From contig JAWOCF010000135.1 in assembly GCA_046483935.1 (NCBI GenBank), forward strand, positions 1-57,801: a stretch of 57,801 bases of DNA. The letters run 5' to 3'. The notes beneath the pieces are model-generated. The model was not told the DNA's origin, made no database searches, and was given only the letters and a program-made list of their open reading frames with translations. The DNA is from Bacteroidales bacterium. Lineage in GTDB: Bacteria; Bacteroidota; Bacteroidia; Bacteroidales; UBA7960. The translations under genes and the position numbers were made by a program. Positions 8,956-17,243 of the stretch are shown here, in pieces; position 1 is the stretch's first letter; the number at the start of each line of letters is the position of its first letter.

Positions 8956-9636
8956 TCAGCGGGTGCTGGCTCCCACCATCACGGGATCGCCCAGATGACG
9001 GGGTCTTTTATGGATCAGCAGGTCGTAAAACACCTTGACCCGGGCAAACCATTCCCTGACCTGTGTTTTGAGGTTTTGTCCGGCCGACACGTCGGCGGCA
9101 TTAAAGCCGATGGCTCGAAGGCCTTTGTATCGGGCCAGGTAGACTGCCCGCTGGTTGTGAAACTCCTGTGATATAATGGTAAATTGCTGCTGACCGAAGA
9201 CCTCATTGGCCCGCACTACCGAGTCCAGGGTGCGTAAGCCGGCATAATCCAGATAGATGACACTGTCGGGCACCCCCAGGGCTACCAGGTGGCGGCGCAT
9301 CTGTTCGGGTTCATTATACCAGCGGGTGCGGTTATCCCCACTAACAATCAGGTATTCAACTTTCCCCGCATGATATAGTTTTGCGGCAGCATCCATCCTG
9401 TGTTGGAAATATGGATTGGCAACATCTTTTCGCAGAAAAGGGGCCGTGCCAAGTACCAGGCCTACCCGGTTGCCGGGTACCACCTGCTCCGAATCATAGA
9501 GATATTGCAGGGAGGCATGCCGGATCTTCAGGTTGGAAAAAAGCATGACGGTCAGGACCAATAAAACTGACAGGATCAAAATTCTGATCAGGGGGATGGA
9601 AAACCGGCGCAATAGATTGAAGATTGATGTATTCAT
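8956..9636 (-). CDS. sanA: SanA/YdcF (DUF218) family membrane-anchored protein
   Basis: An N-terminal TM helix is followed by GLVLGTAP...NPYFQHRMDAAAKLYHAGKVEYLIVSGDN...YNEPEQMRRHL, as in SanA. Confidence 0.75.
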   Translation of the reverse strand: MNTSIFNLLRRFSIPLIRILILSVLLVLTVMLFSNLKIRHASLQYLYDSEQVVPGNRVGLVLGTAPFLRKDVANPYFQHRMDAAAKLYHAGKVEYLIVSGDNRTRWYNEPEQMRRHLVALGVPDSVIYLDYAGLRTLDSVVRANEVFGQQQFTIISQEFHNQRAVYLARYKGLRAIGFNAADVSAGQNLKTQVREWFARVKVFYDLLIHKRPRHLGDPVMVGASTR

Positions 9637-9943
9637 AATGCAATGTAAAAGTAATCAAAAACCTTTATTTGGCTTCCCGAATATAGAAATGCGTGCAGAA
9701 TACAGTTGGTGCTGACTGAATAGATATGATATTTCTTTGTGTTTATAGTAAAACCCTCATTTTCACTTATTTGGAATAATTATTAATAGTTTTATAACTA
9801 CCTGATATACATCACGTTATTTTATTCCAATGAAAAATTTACTGGAGCGAACCTGATACTTTGAATAATAAATTATAGTTTTGTTCCACAATAGAAAATC
9901 CCTGATATAACTCTACAGATTTATAAAAATTAATTTTATTACA

Positions 9944-10162
9944 ATGGCAAAACGAGGTGATGTTGTCATCAACATAGAGAAATGTAAGGGCTGCGAGGTA
10001 TGCCTTTCTGCCTGTCCCCATCAAGTGTTATCTTTAAGTAACGAGGTAAACAGTAAGGGTTATCATTATGCCGTAAAGGTTAACTCGGCCTGTACCGGTT
10101 GTGCAAACTGCGCCGTGGTCTGCCCCGATGCTGTGATTACCGTTTACCGGGAAAAGAATTAA
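9944..10162 (+). CDS. 2-oxoacid:ferredoxin oxidoreductase, 4Fe-4S ferredoxin (delta) subunit
   Basis: Two CxxCxxCxxxCP clusters are present (CKGCEVCLSACP and CTGCANCAVVCP). It is the first gene of the four-gene oxidoreductase operon. Confidence 0.85.
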   Translation: MAKRGDVVINIEKCKGCEVCLSACPHQVLSLSNEVNSKGYHYAVKVNSACTGCANCAVVCPDAVITVYREKN

Positions 10163-10209
10163 ATGATGTATTTCACCACGCTCTGTGGTAAAAAATAATT
10201 TTAAAGCAC

Positions 10210-11277
10210 ATGAAAGAATTAAAATTAATGAAGGGTAATGAAGCCTTGGCAGAGGCTGCTATTCGCGCTGGTGCCGATGCTTATTTTGGCTATCCCATCA
10301 CTCCTCAGTCAGAAATTATTGAATACCTCATGGCTGAAAATCCTGTAGAACGTACCGGTATGGTTGTGTTGCAGGCAGAGAGTGAGGTCGCGGCCATCAA
10401 TATGGTTTATGGTGCTGCCGGTTGCGGCAAACGGGCCATGACTAGTTCCTCCAGCCCGGGCATGAGCCTGAAGATGGAAGGCATTTCGTATATCGCCGGA
10501 GCGGAATTGCCCTGCCTGCTGGTAAATGTGGTTCGTGGAGGCCCCGGCCTGGGTACCATTCAGCCTTCGCAGTCCGATTATTTTCAGGCCGTGAAAGGTG
10601 GTGGTCATGGAGATTATAAACTGATCGTTCTGGCCCCCGCTACCGTTCAGGAGAGTGTTGATTATGTGAAGCTGGGCTTTGATCTGGCTTTCAAATACCG
10701 TAACCCTGTGATGATTCTTTCTGATGGAATTATCGGGCAGATGATGGAAAAGGTTGAACTGTTCGAACAGCAGCCACGCCTGGACCAGAAATTTGATTGG
10801 GCCACTACCGGAAAAGAAACTGGCAAAGACCGGGTGATTGTAACTTCCCTGCAGCTGCAGGCCGAAGAACAGGAAAAAGTGAACCTGCGCCTGCAGGCCA
10901 AGTACCGCGAAATTGAGAAGAATGAGGTGCGTTACGAGGAAATCATGTGTGATGATGCAGAATATCTCTTTGTCGCTTTTGGCTCAGCGGCCCGCATTGC
11001 CCGCAAAGCCATGGAGATGGCCCGCAAGCAAGGAATAAAAGTAGGGTTGTTTCGCCCACAGACGCTGTATCCTTTCCCTGTTGATGCCCTACATCAGTTG
11101 GGTGGAAAAGTGAAAGGCATCCTGACCGTGGAAATGAATGCCGGACAAATGGTTGAAGATGTGAAACTGGCTGTTAACGGACAGACCCCTGTTGAACATT
11201 TTGGCCGATTTGGTGGAATGATCCCCAATCCGGATGAAATTCTTAATGCATTGGAACAGAAAATTATTAAAGGATAA
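10210..11277 (+). CDS. 2-oxoacid:ferredoxin oxidoreductase alpha subunit
   Basis: [30 protein letters not shown] is the typical POR/KOR alpha N-terminus. Substrate specificity cannot be decided from sequence alone. Confidence 0.9.
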   Translation: MKELKLMKGNEALAEAAIRAGADAYFGYPITPQSEIIEYLMAENPVERTGMVVLQAESEVAAINMVYGAAGCGKRAMTSSSSPGMSLKMEGISYIAGAELPCLLVNVVRGGPGLGTIQPSQSDYFQAVKGGGHGDYKLIVLAPATVQESVDYVKLGFDLAFKYRNPVMILSDGIIGQMMEKVELFEQQPRLDQKFDWATTGKETGKDRVIVTSLQLQAEEQEKVNLRLQAKYREIEKNEVRYEEIMCDDAEYLFVAFGSAARIARKAMEMARKQGIKVGLFRPQTLYPFPVDALHQLGGKVKGILTVEMNAGQMVEDVKLAVNGQTPVEHFGRFGGMIPNPDEILNALEQKIIKG

Positions 11278-11279
11278 TC

Positions 11280-12041
11280 ATGGCTGAAAACTTAATAACT
11301 CCCGAAAACCTGGTTTATGAAAAAACCAAGGTGATGACCGACAACGTGATGCATTACTGCCCGGGTTGTGGTCATGGCACAGCACATCGCATGCTGGCTG
11401 AAGTAATTGATGAACTGGGCATTCAGAACGAAACAATCGGGGTAGCCCCGGTAGGATGTTCTGTGCTTGCCTATAACTACTTTAATGTAGATATGACCCA
11501 GGCTGCCCATGGCAGGGCCCCTGCGGTAGCCACCGGCATCAAAAGGGTATTCCCCGAAAAATATGTCTTCACTTATCAGGGCGATGGCGACCTTGCTGCT
11601 ATTGGCACGGCCGAAACCATTCATGCCTGTAACCGCGGTGAAAACTTCCTGATCGTCTTTATCAACAACGGAATCTATGGGATGACCGGCGGACAGATGG
11701 CGCCCACCACCTTGCCCGGAATGAAAAGCTCTACTTCTCCCAGGGGAAGAGATGTGGCCACCATGGGTAATCCTTTGAAAATGACCGAACTGGTCGCCCA
11801 GCTGGAGGGCACCTATTATGTAACCCGCCAGTCGGTTCACACTCCCGGAAATGTGCGCAAAACAAAAAGAGCTTTGAAAAAAGCCCTGGAGTATCAGAAA
11901 GAAAACAAAGGAACCTGTTTTGTGGAAATCGTAACCAGCTGTTCCTCGGGTTTTAAAATGACACCTGTTCAAGCCAACAACTGGATGGAAGAAAATATGT
12001 TCCCGTTTTATCCCTTAGGTGATATTAAAGTACCACAATAA
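11280..12041 (+). CDS. 2-oxoacid:ferredoxin oxidoreductase beta (TPP-binding) subunit
   Basis: YCPGCGHG and GDGDLAAIG...NNGIYGMTGGQ form the TPP-binding motif. Confidence 0.9.
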   Translation: MAENLITPENLVYEKTKVMTDNVMHYCPGCGHGTAHRMLAEVIDELGIQNETIGVAPVGCSVLAYNYFNVDMTQAAHGRAPAVATGIKRVFPEKYVFTYQGDGDLAAIGTAETIHACNRGENFLIVFINNGIYGMTGGQMAPTTLPGMKSSTSPRGRDVATMGNPLKMTELVAQLEGTYYVTRQSVHTPGNVRKTKRALKKALEYQKENKGTCFVEIVTSCSSGFKMTPVQANNWMEENMFPFYPLGDIKVPQ

Positions 12042-12055
12042 AAACGATAATTATT

Positions 12056-12607
12056 ATGAATGAAGAAATCATTATAGCCGGATTTGGTGGACAAGGTGTT
12101 CTTTCGATGGGGCAAATACTCTGCTACAGTGGTGTGATGCAGGACAAGCAAGTGAGCTGGATGCCTTCATACGGTCCGGAGATGAGAGGCGGTACGGCCA
12201 ACTGTACGGCCATTATCAGCGATCAGGATATCAGTTCCCCGGTGCTTAATACTTTTGATACTGCTATTGTGCTGAATCAGCCCTCGATGGATAAGTTTGA
12301 GGATGCAGTAAAACCTGGTGGTTTGCTGATCTATGAAAGAAATGGGATGACGCGTAAGCCCCGGCGTACCGATATTAATGTCTTCTCTATTCCTGCTTAT
12401 GATGAATCGATCCAGATGAACAATACCAAAGTGTTCAACATGATTGTCATTGGGGGTTTTCTGAAGATCAAGCCCATCCTGGAGCTGGAAAATGTGATCA
12501 AAGGCCTTAAAAAAGTGCTCCCTGAGAGATATCATAACCTGATCCCATTGAATGAGCAAGCCATTCGTCGTGGCATGGAAATTATTGTTGAAGAACATAA
12601 GGCATAA
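12056..12607 (+). CDS. 2-oxoacid:ferredoxin oxidoreductase gamma subunit
   Basis: IIIAGFGGQGVLSMGQIL...YGPEMRGG is typical of the POR/KOR gamma subunit. Confidence 0.9.
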   Translation: MNEEIIIAGFGGQGVLSMGQILCYSGVMQDKQVSWMPSYGPEMRGGTANCTAIISDQDISSPVLNTFDTAIVLNQPSMDKFEDAVKPGGLLIYERNGMTRKPRRTDINVFSIPAYDESIQMNNTKVFNMIVIGGFLKIKPILELENVIKGLKKVLPERYHNLIPLNEQAIRRGMEIIVEEHKA

Positions 12608-12686
12608 TATTCCTGATCCACGATTTGTAACAGTCTTTCTGGAATTCTGAAACAGAAGCCTGCTGCAAATTGCTGATCATAAAAAG

Positions 12687-12722
12687 GGGCTGCAGGGTGT
12701 TAACTTCCGCAGCCCTTTTTTT
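12687..12722 (+). terminator. Terminator after the oxidoreductase operon
   Basis: Stem GGGCTGC/GCAGCCC with a 15-nt loop is followed by T7. Confidence 0.7.
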
Positions 12723-12735
12723 ATACTCCTGAAAG

Positions 12736-13164
12736 ATGATAAAGATTCCCCTTGCCGTAATTCCTATTGATGAAAATGGTTACCACCTGATGGCCAGAGG
12801 CAATATCAACGGGCTGACGACTAATATCCTGGTTGACACAGGGGCTTCGCGCACAGTGCTGGATCTAAGGCGTACTGCTCATTATTTTGACGATACCCCC
12901 CTAAGAAGTTTCGAAAAGTACTTCACGGGAGTGGGTGCAGAGAAGATGGAAACACAGGCTGTGATCATTCCTCAGTTAAATATTGGAGCATTTGAAGTTC
13001 GCGGCCTGGAGGTGCTGGTCATTGATCTGGAAGGAGTAAATAAATCGTATGCTGCCCTTGATCTTCCCCGTATCGATATGGTCATGGGTGGGGACTTGCT
13101 GGTGCATTGCGCGGGCATAATTGATTATCCCAACAAGGAATTGATCTTTCGGCGGGCTTTTTAA
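12736..13164 (+). CDS. Retropepsin-like (clan AA) aspartic protease domain protein
   Basis: The 142-aa single domain carries the active-site triad context ILVDTGASRTVLD and a late GGDLL flap or dimer-like segment. Confidence 0.65.
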   Translation: MIKIPLAVIPIDENGYHLMARGNINGLTTNILVDTGASRTVLDLRRTAHYFDDTPLRSFEKYFTGVGAEKMETQAVIIPQLNIGAFEVRGLEVLVIDLEGVNKSYAALDLPRIDMVMGGDLLVHCAGIIDYPNKELIFRRAF

Positions 13165-13343
13165 TTTTCAAAAAGCATCCGGTTTTTGATCCTTTAAAAA
13201 AAAATAAAATTAACTTTGCGGTCGGTTTTGAGAAAGTCCTGACTATCGGTAAATTAGCCCGATGCTAAAGATTACTTTTCATTCCACTGCATATTTTTCC
13301 GATGATTTGCTATTGATACATTGTGAATCGATGATTGTATTTC

Positions 13344-13351
13344 TATATTTG
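13344..13351 (+). promoter_or_regulatory. Candidate -7 promoter box (TATATTTG) for secDF
   Basis: It matches TAnnTTTG 35 nt upstream of the secDF ATG. Confidence 0.5.
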
Positions 13352-13385
13352 CACCCTTGAAAAAATCAACTAAAAGAGAATTAAC

Positions 13386-16300
13386 ATGCAAAGTAAAGGT
13401 TTAATTAAATTTTTTGGCATTGCCCTGACCCTGGTAGTTATTTACCAGTTATCCTTCACTTTTATTGCCCAGAAAGTAGAGCGTGATGCCAGAGAGTATG
13501 CCAGCCAGCCCCGCTTTGAGCAAATGGCCAGCGAAATGGCAGGTGATGATGAGGTATTGGAGCGCGTGATGCAGGATTCCATTGTCAGGGCCAAGGAGCG
13601 GTTCTACCTGGACTCTATTATGGGGAAACCTGTTTATAATATCCTGGTTCATAATTATACCTTCCGCGAAGTAAAGGAAAGGGAGTTAAACCTTGGTCTT
13701 GACCTGCGTGGTGGGATGAACGTTACCCTGGAGATTTCCGTGGCTGAAATTGTAAATGCCTTGTCGGGCAACAGCTCTGATGCTACCTTCCAGAAGGCCA
13801 TGGAACTGGCCCGCGAAAGAGAACGTACCAGCCGCCAGGATTTTATTACGCTGTTCGGTGAGGCGTTCGAGGAGGTGGATCCAAATGCCAGTCTGGCGGC
13901 TATTTTCAATACTGTTGAAATGGCTGACCGGGTATCTTATACCTCTACCAACGACCAGGTATTAAATGTGATTCGCAATGAAGTGGAAGCGGCTGTTGAC
14001 CGTTCTTTCCAGATTTTGCGGACACGTATTGACCGCTTTGGGGTCGCCCAGCCCAACATTCAGCGTCTGCAAACCACCGGGCGTATCCTGGTAGAACTGC
14101 CAGGCATTAAGGAACCTGAAAGGGTTAGACGTCTGCTGCAGGGAACGGCCCGCCTGGAATTCTGGGAAACCTATGATTTCTCAGAGATCTATACCTACTT
14201 CATGGAAGCCAATGAAAGGCTGAAGACCACCGATGTAGCCCAGGTAGATACCCTGGAAGCTGATCCTGATGTTGCTGAACAAGCTCTTGAAGAAGTAGCC
14301 CAGACTCCTGAAGAGATCCTTGAAGACATAGGTGCCGATACTACCGGTGCTGAATCACTTGCTGATATCCTTGGTGAAGATGGCGTGGCACAGGACAGTG
14401 ATGATTTTGAGGAATTTGCCCGCGAAAACCCCTTGTTTGCATACCTGAATCCTGCATTCTATCCTGATCAGACCGGCAACATGGTGCCCGGGCAAGGCCC
14501 CGTGGTAGGTTATGCTGCCGTACAGGATACTGCACGGGTAAACAGTTTGCTCAGGCAACCGCAGGTGCGCAACCTGTTCCCGCGCAACCTGGAGCTTAAA
14601 TGGAATGTAAAACCGGTTCGTGACACGGAAAACCTTCACGAGCTGATCGCTATCAGGGTGACCTCGCGCGATGGCATTCCCCCACTTACCGGTGAAGTGA
14701 TCGTTGATGCCCGCCAGGATTATGGTACCACCGGCGGAGTAGAGATCTCCATGACGATGAATAGTGAAGGTGCCCGCACCTGGCGCAGGCTCACCGCCGA
14801 CAATATCGGCAAATCTATCGCTATTGTGCTGGATGATTATGTGTATTCATTCCCCACGGTGAATACTGAAATTTCCGGTGGACGTTCTTCCATCTCCGGG
14901 CAATTTTCTATTGCCGAAGCCCAGGACCTTGCCAATATCTTAAGAGCTGGTTCACTGCCTGCTCCAGCCAGAATTGTGGAAGAAGCGGTGGTCGGTCCCT
15001 CTCTCGGACAGGAAGCCATTTCCAGCGGTCTTACTTCATTTGTTATCGCCTTTATCCTTGTACTTATTTACATGGCGTTTTATTATAACAGGGCGGGGCT
15101 TGTAGCCAACATTGCACTGGTGGCTAACATCTTCTTTATTTTCGGGGTGCTGGCCTCACTGGGTGCTGTTCTTACCTTGCCTGGTATTGCTGGTATCGTG
15201 CTGACCATTGGGATGGCAGTTGATGCCAACGTAATTATCTATGAGCGGATCCTTGAAGAACTCCGGGCCGGAAAAGGTCAGCGGCTTGCTATTGCCGATG
15301 GCTACAAAAATGCCTATTCAGCCATTATTGACGGTAACGTGACCACCTTGCTTACCGGTATCGTTCTTTATGTGTTCGGATCAGGTCCGGTACAGGGCTT
15401 TGCTACCACGCTGATCATCGGTATCCTCAGCTCCTTGTTCACAGCCATTTTCCTCTCGCGCCTGATCTTTACCTACTGGATGGACAGGAATATTAACATC
15501 CGTTTTGACAACAAGTTCTCGAAAGACGTTCTTACCAAAGTACATTTCGACTTTGTGGGCGTACGTAAAAAATTCTACATCATTTCCTCGATCGTCATTC
15601 TCATTGGATTGGGTTCATTTGCCGTTCGTGGCCTGAGCTATGGTGTTGACTTTTCGGGAGGACGTAGCTATGTGGTGCGTTTTGACCAGGATGTTACCAC
15701 CAATGACATTCGCGCCAGCCTGATTGGCGAATTGGGAGAAACTCCTGAGGTGAAAACTTTCGGCCCCAGCACACAGGTGAAAATTACCACCCGCTACCTG
15801 GTGGATGAAGAAAGCGTGGAAGCCGATTCATTGGCCGAACGTCATATTTACGAAGGTGTCAAAGAGTTCTTCGCAACACCGCTCACTTACGAGGAGTTTA
15901 CCTCTGATGATGAGGAAAAAGTTCTGGGTCGCCTGAGTTCACAAAAAGTTGGCCCGACGGTTGCCCGCGACATTAAGGTGGGTGCCGTAATCAGTGTGAT
16001 CATTGCCCTGATCATCATCTTCATGTACATTGCTGTCCGTTTCAAGAAATGGCAGTTTGGTGTGGGCGGTCTGATCACTGTATTTCATGACTCCATCATT
16101 GTTATTTCACTATACTCTTTGTTGTACAATATCGTGCCATGGACCATGGAGATCGACCAGGCATTCATCGCGGCAATCCTGACCATTATTGGGTATTCGG
16201 TGAATGATACTGTGATTATCTTCGACAGGATCCGTGAGAACCTTCACCTGTTTCCCAAAAGAGATCTGAAGACCAATATGAACCTGGCACTGAATGCCAC

Positions 16301-16496
16301 CCTGTCGCGTACCCTGAATACATCAGGAACCACCTTCGGGGTATTGCTGATCATCTTCCTGTTTGGTGGTGAAGTAATCCGTGGCTTCTCATTCGCCCTG
16401 ATGATTGGTGTGGCTGTGGGTACATATTCTTCATTGTTTAACGCTACGCCTATTGCTTACGATTTGCTGAAGCGGACCATCAAAAAGAAGAAATAA
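13386..16496 (+). CDS. secDF: Protein translocase subunit SecDF (fused SecD-SecF)
   Basis: The 1036-aa product has LGLDLRGG, IVLDD...SAP..., and two six-TM bundles with GIAGIVLTIGMAVDANVIIYERI and GYSVNDTVIIFDRIRE. The acidic periplasmic insert is typical of Bacteroidota fusions. Confidence 0.95.
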   Translation: MQSKGLIKFFGIALTLVVIYQLSFTFIAQKVERDAREYASQPRFEQMASEMAGDDEVLERVMQDSIVRAKERFYLDSIMGKPVYNILVHNYTFREVKERELNLGLDLRGGMNVTLEISVAEIVNALSGNSSDATFQKAMELARERERTSRQDFITLFGEAFEEVDPNASLAAIFNTVEMADRVSYTSTNDQVLNVIRNEVEAAVDRSFQILRTRIDRFGVAQPNIQRLQTTGRILVELPGIKEPERVRRLLQGTARLEFWETYDFSEIYTYFMEANERLKTTDVAQVDTLEADPDVAEQALEEVAQTPEEILEDIGADTTGAESLADILGEDGVAQDSDDFEEFARENPLFAYLNPAFYPDQTGNMVPGQGPVVGYAAVQDTARVNSLLRQPQVRNLFPRNLELKWNVKPVRDTENLHELIAIRVTSRDGIPPLTGEVIVDARQDYGTTGGVEISMTMNSEGARTWRRLTADNIGKSIAIVLDDYVYSFPTVNTEISGGRSSISGQFSIAEAQDLANILRAGSLPAPARIVEEAVVGPSLGQEAISSGLTSFVIAFILVLIYMAFYYNRAGLVANIALVANIFFIFGVLASLGAVLTLPGIAGIVLTIGMAVDANVIIYERILEELRAGKGQRLAIADGYKNAYSAIIDGNVTTLLTGIVLYVFGSGPVQGFATTLIIGILSSLFTAIFLSRLIFTYWMDRNINIRFDNKFSKDVLTKVHFDFVGVRKKFYIISSIVILIGLGSFAVRGLSYGVDFSGGRSYVVRFDQDVTTNDIRASLIGELGETPEVKTFGPSTQVKITTRYLVDEESVEADSLAERHIYEGVKEFFATPLTYEEFTSDDEEKVLGRLSSQKVGPTVARDIKVGAVISVIIALIIIFMYIAVRFKKWQFGVGGLITVFHDSIIVISLYSLLYNIVPWTMEIDQAFIAAILTIIGYSVNDTVIIFDRIRENLHLFPKRDLKTNMNLALNATLSRTLNTSGTTFGVLLIIFLFGGEVIRGFSFALMIGVAVGTYSSLFNATPIAYDLLKRTIKKKK

Positions 16497-16524
16497 CCAG
16501 GTACAATAATTATTAAAAATCAAG

Positions 16525-16556
16525 AAGCTGTTCCGGAATCCCGGAACAGCTTTTTT
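16525..16556 (+). terminator. Rho-independent terminator after secDF
   Basis: A perfect 12-bp stem AAGCTGTTCCGG/CCGGAACAGCTT with loop AATC is followed by a T-run. Confidence 0.85.
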
Positions 16557-16643
16557 GTTATAGTTCAGGATAGTTCGTGAAGAAACGGTGGTTTCGCAAG
16601 CCCTGAAAATGGAAAGCGAAAACAGATTATTGGACCAGCGATT

Positions 16644-16678
16644 GGCTGGCCATTAATTTTATACAGGCCTGCTTTTTT
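16644..16678 (+). terminator. Second terminator-like hairpin about 90 nt after the secDF terminator
   Basis: GGCTGGCC (16644-16651) pairs with GGCCTGC (16666-16672) with one internal mismatch, followed by T6. Confidence 0.4.
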
Positions 16679-16713
16679 ATTCCTGTGATCAGGGGTTTTT
16701 TGCAAAAAAATAT

Positions 16714-16721
16714 GTAGGTTT
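16714..16721 (+). promoter_or_regulatory. Candidate -7 promoter box (TAGGTTTG) for tatA
   Basis: It matches TAnnTTTG 16 nt upstream of the track start of tatA. Confidence 0.5.
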
Positions 16722-16736
16722 GCTGATCTTAAGATT

Positions 16737-17147
16737 ATGACTGTTTCAACTATCAACATATTGCTGTTTGGCATCAGTGGCGGGGAGATTATGGTAATCA
16801 TCCTGCTGGTCATTATGCTGTTCGGGCCCAAGAAAATCCCTGAGATTGCCAGGATGATGGGTCGGGGGATCACTGAATTCCGCCGGGTGCAACGCGAGAT
16901 CAACACCGAGATCAATCGTTTTTCGAATGAGGTGGAAACTCAGACCCGCAACATGCAATCAGAAATTGATGGCATGGTAGGAAAAGGTGCTCCACCGGCA
17001 GAAGTGCCTGTAAAGAAGCCAGCGGAAATTCCTGAGGAAACTCAGTCAACCCATGAGAAACCTGCTCAGGAAGAGATAAAGGATTCCCAGCCCGACGAAA
17101 ATGACGAACTGCCCTATCCATACAATCAGAAAACCGGGGATTCATAA
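16737..17147 (+). CDS. tatA: Twin-arginine translocase TatA/TatE family subunit with a long acidic, Pro-rich tail
   Basis: LLFGISGGEIMVIILLVIMLFGPKKIPEIARMMGRGITEFRR is the TatA TM helix plus amphipathic helix. The exact start is uncertain. Confidence 0.8.
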   Translation: MTVSTINILLFGISGGEIMVIILLVIMLFGPKKIPEIARMMGRGITEFRRVQREINTEINRFSNEVETQTRNMQSEIDGMVGKGAPPAEVPVKKPAEIPEETQSTHEKPAQEEIKDSQPDENDELPYPYNQKTGDS

Positions 17148-17243
17148 AGTTTTGGGTGGCTGTTTCAACCCATGCAATGATTGAGCTTTGATTGCGTTAA
17201 TAGATAAAAGTCTGAAAAAGATCATAAAAGAACTGCAATTATA

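Noticed and set aside
9839-10024. A 61-aa minus-strand ORF overlapping the start of the ferredoxin subunit gene.
   Set aside because: It overlaps a Cys-cluster gene with clear motifs and lies in AT-rich promoter DNA. There is no support for it.
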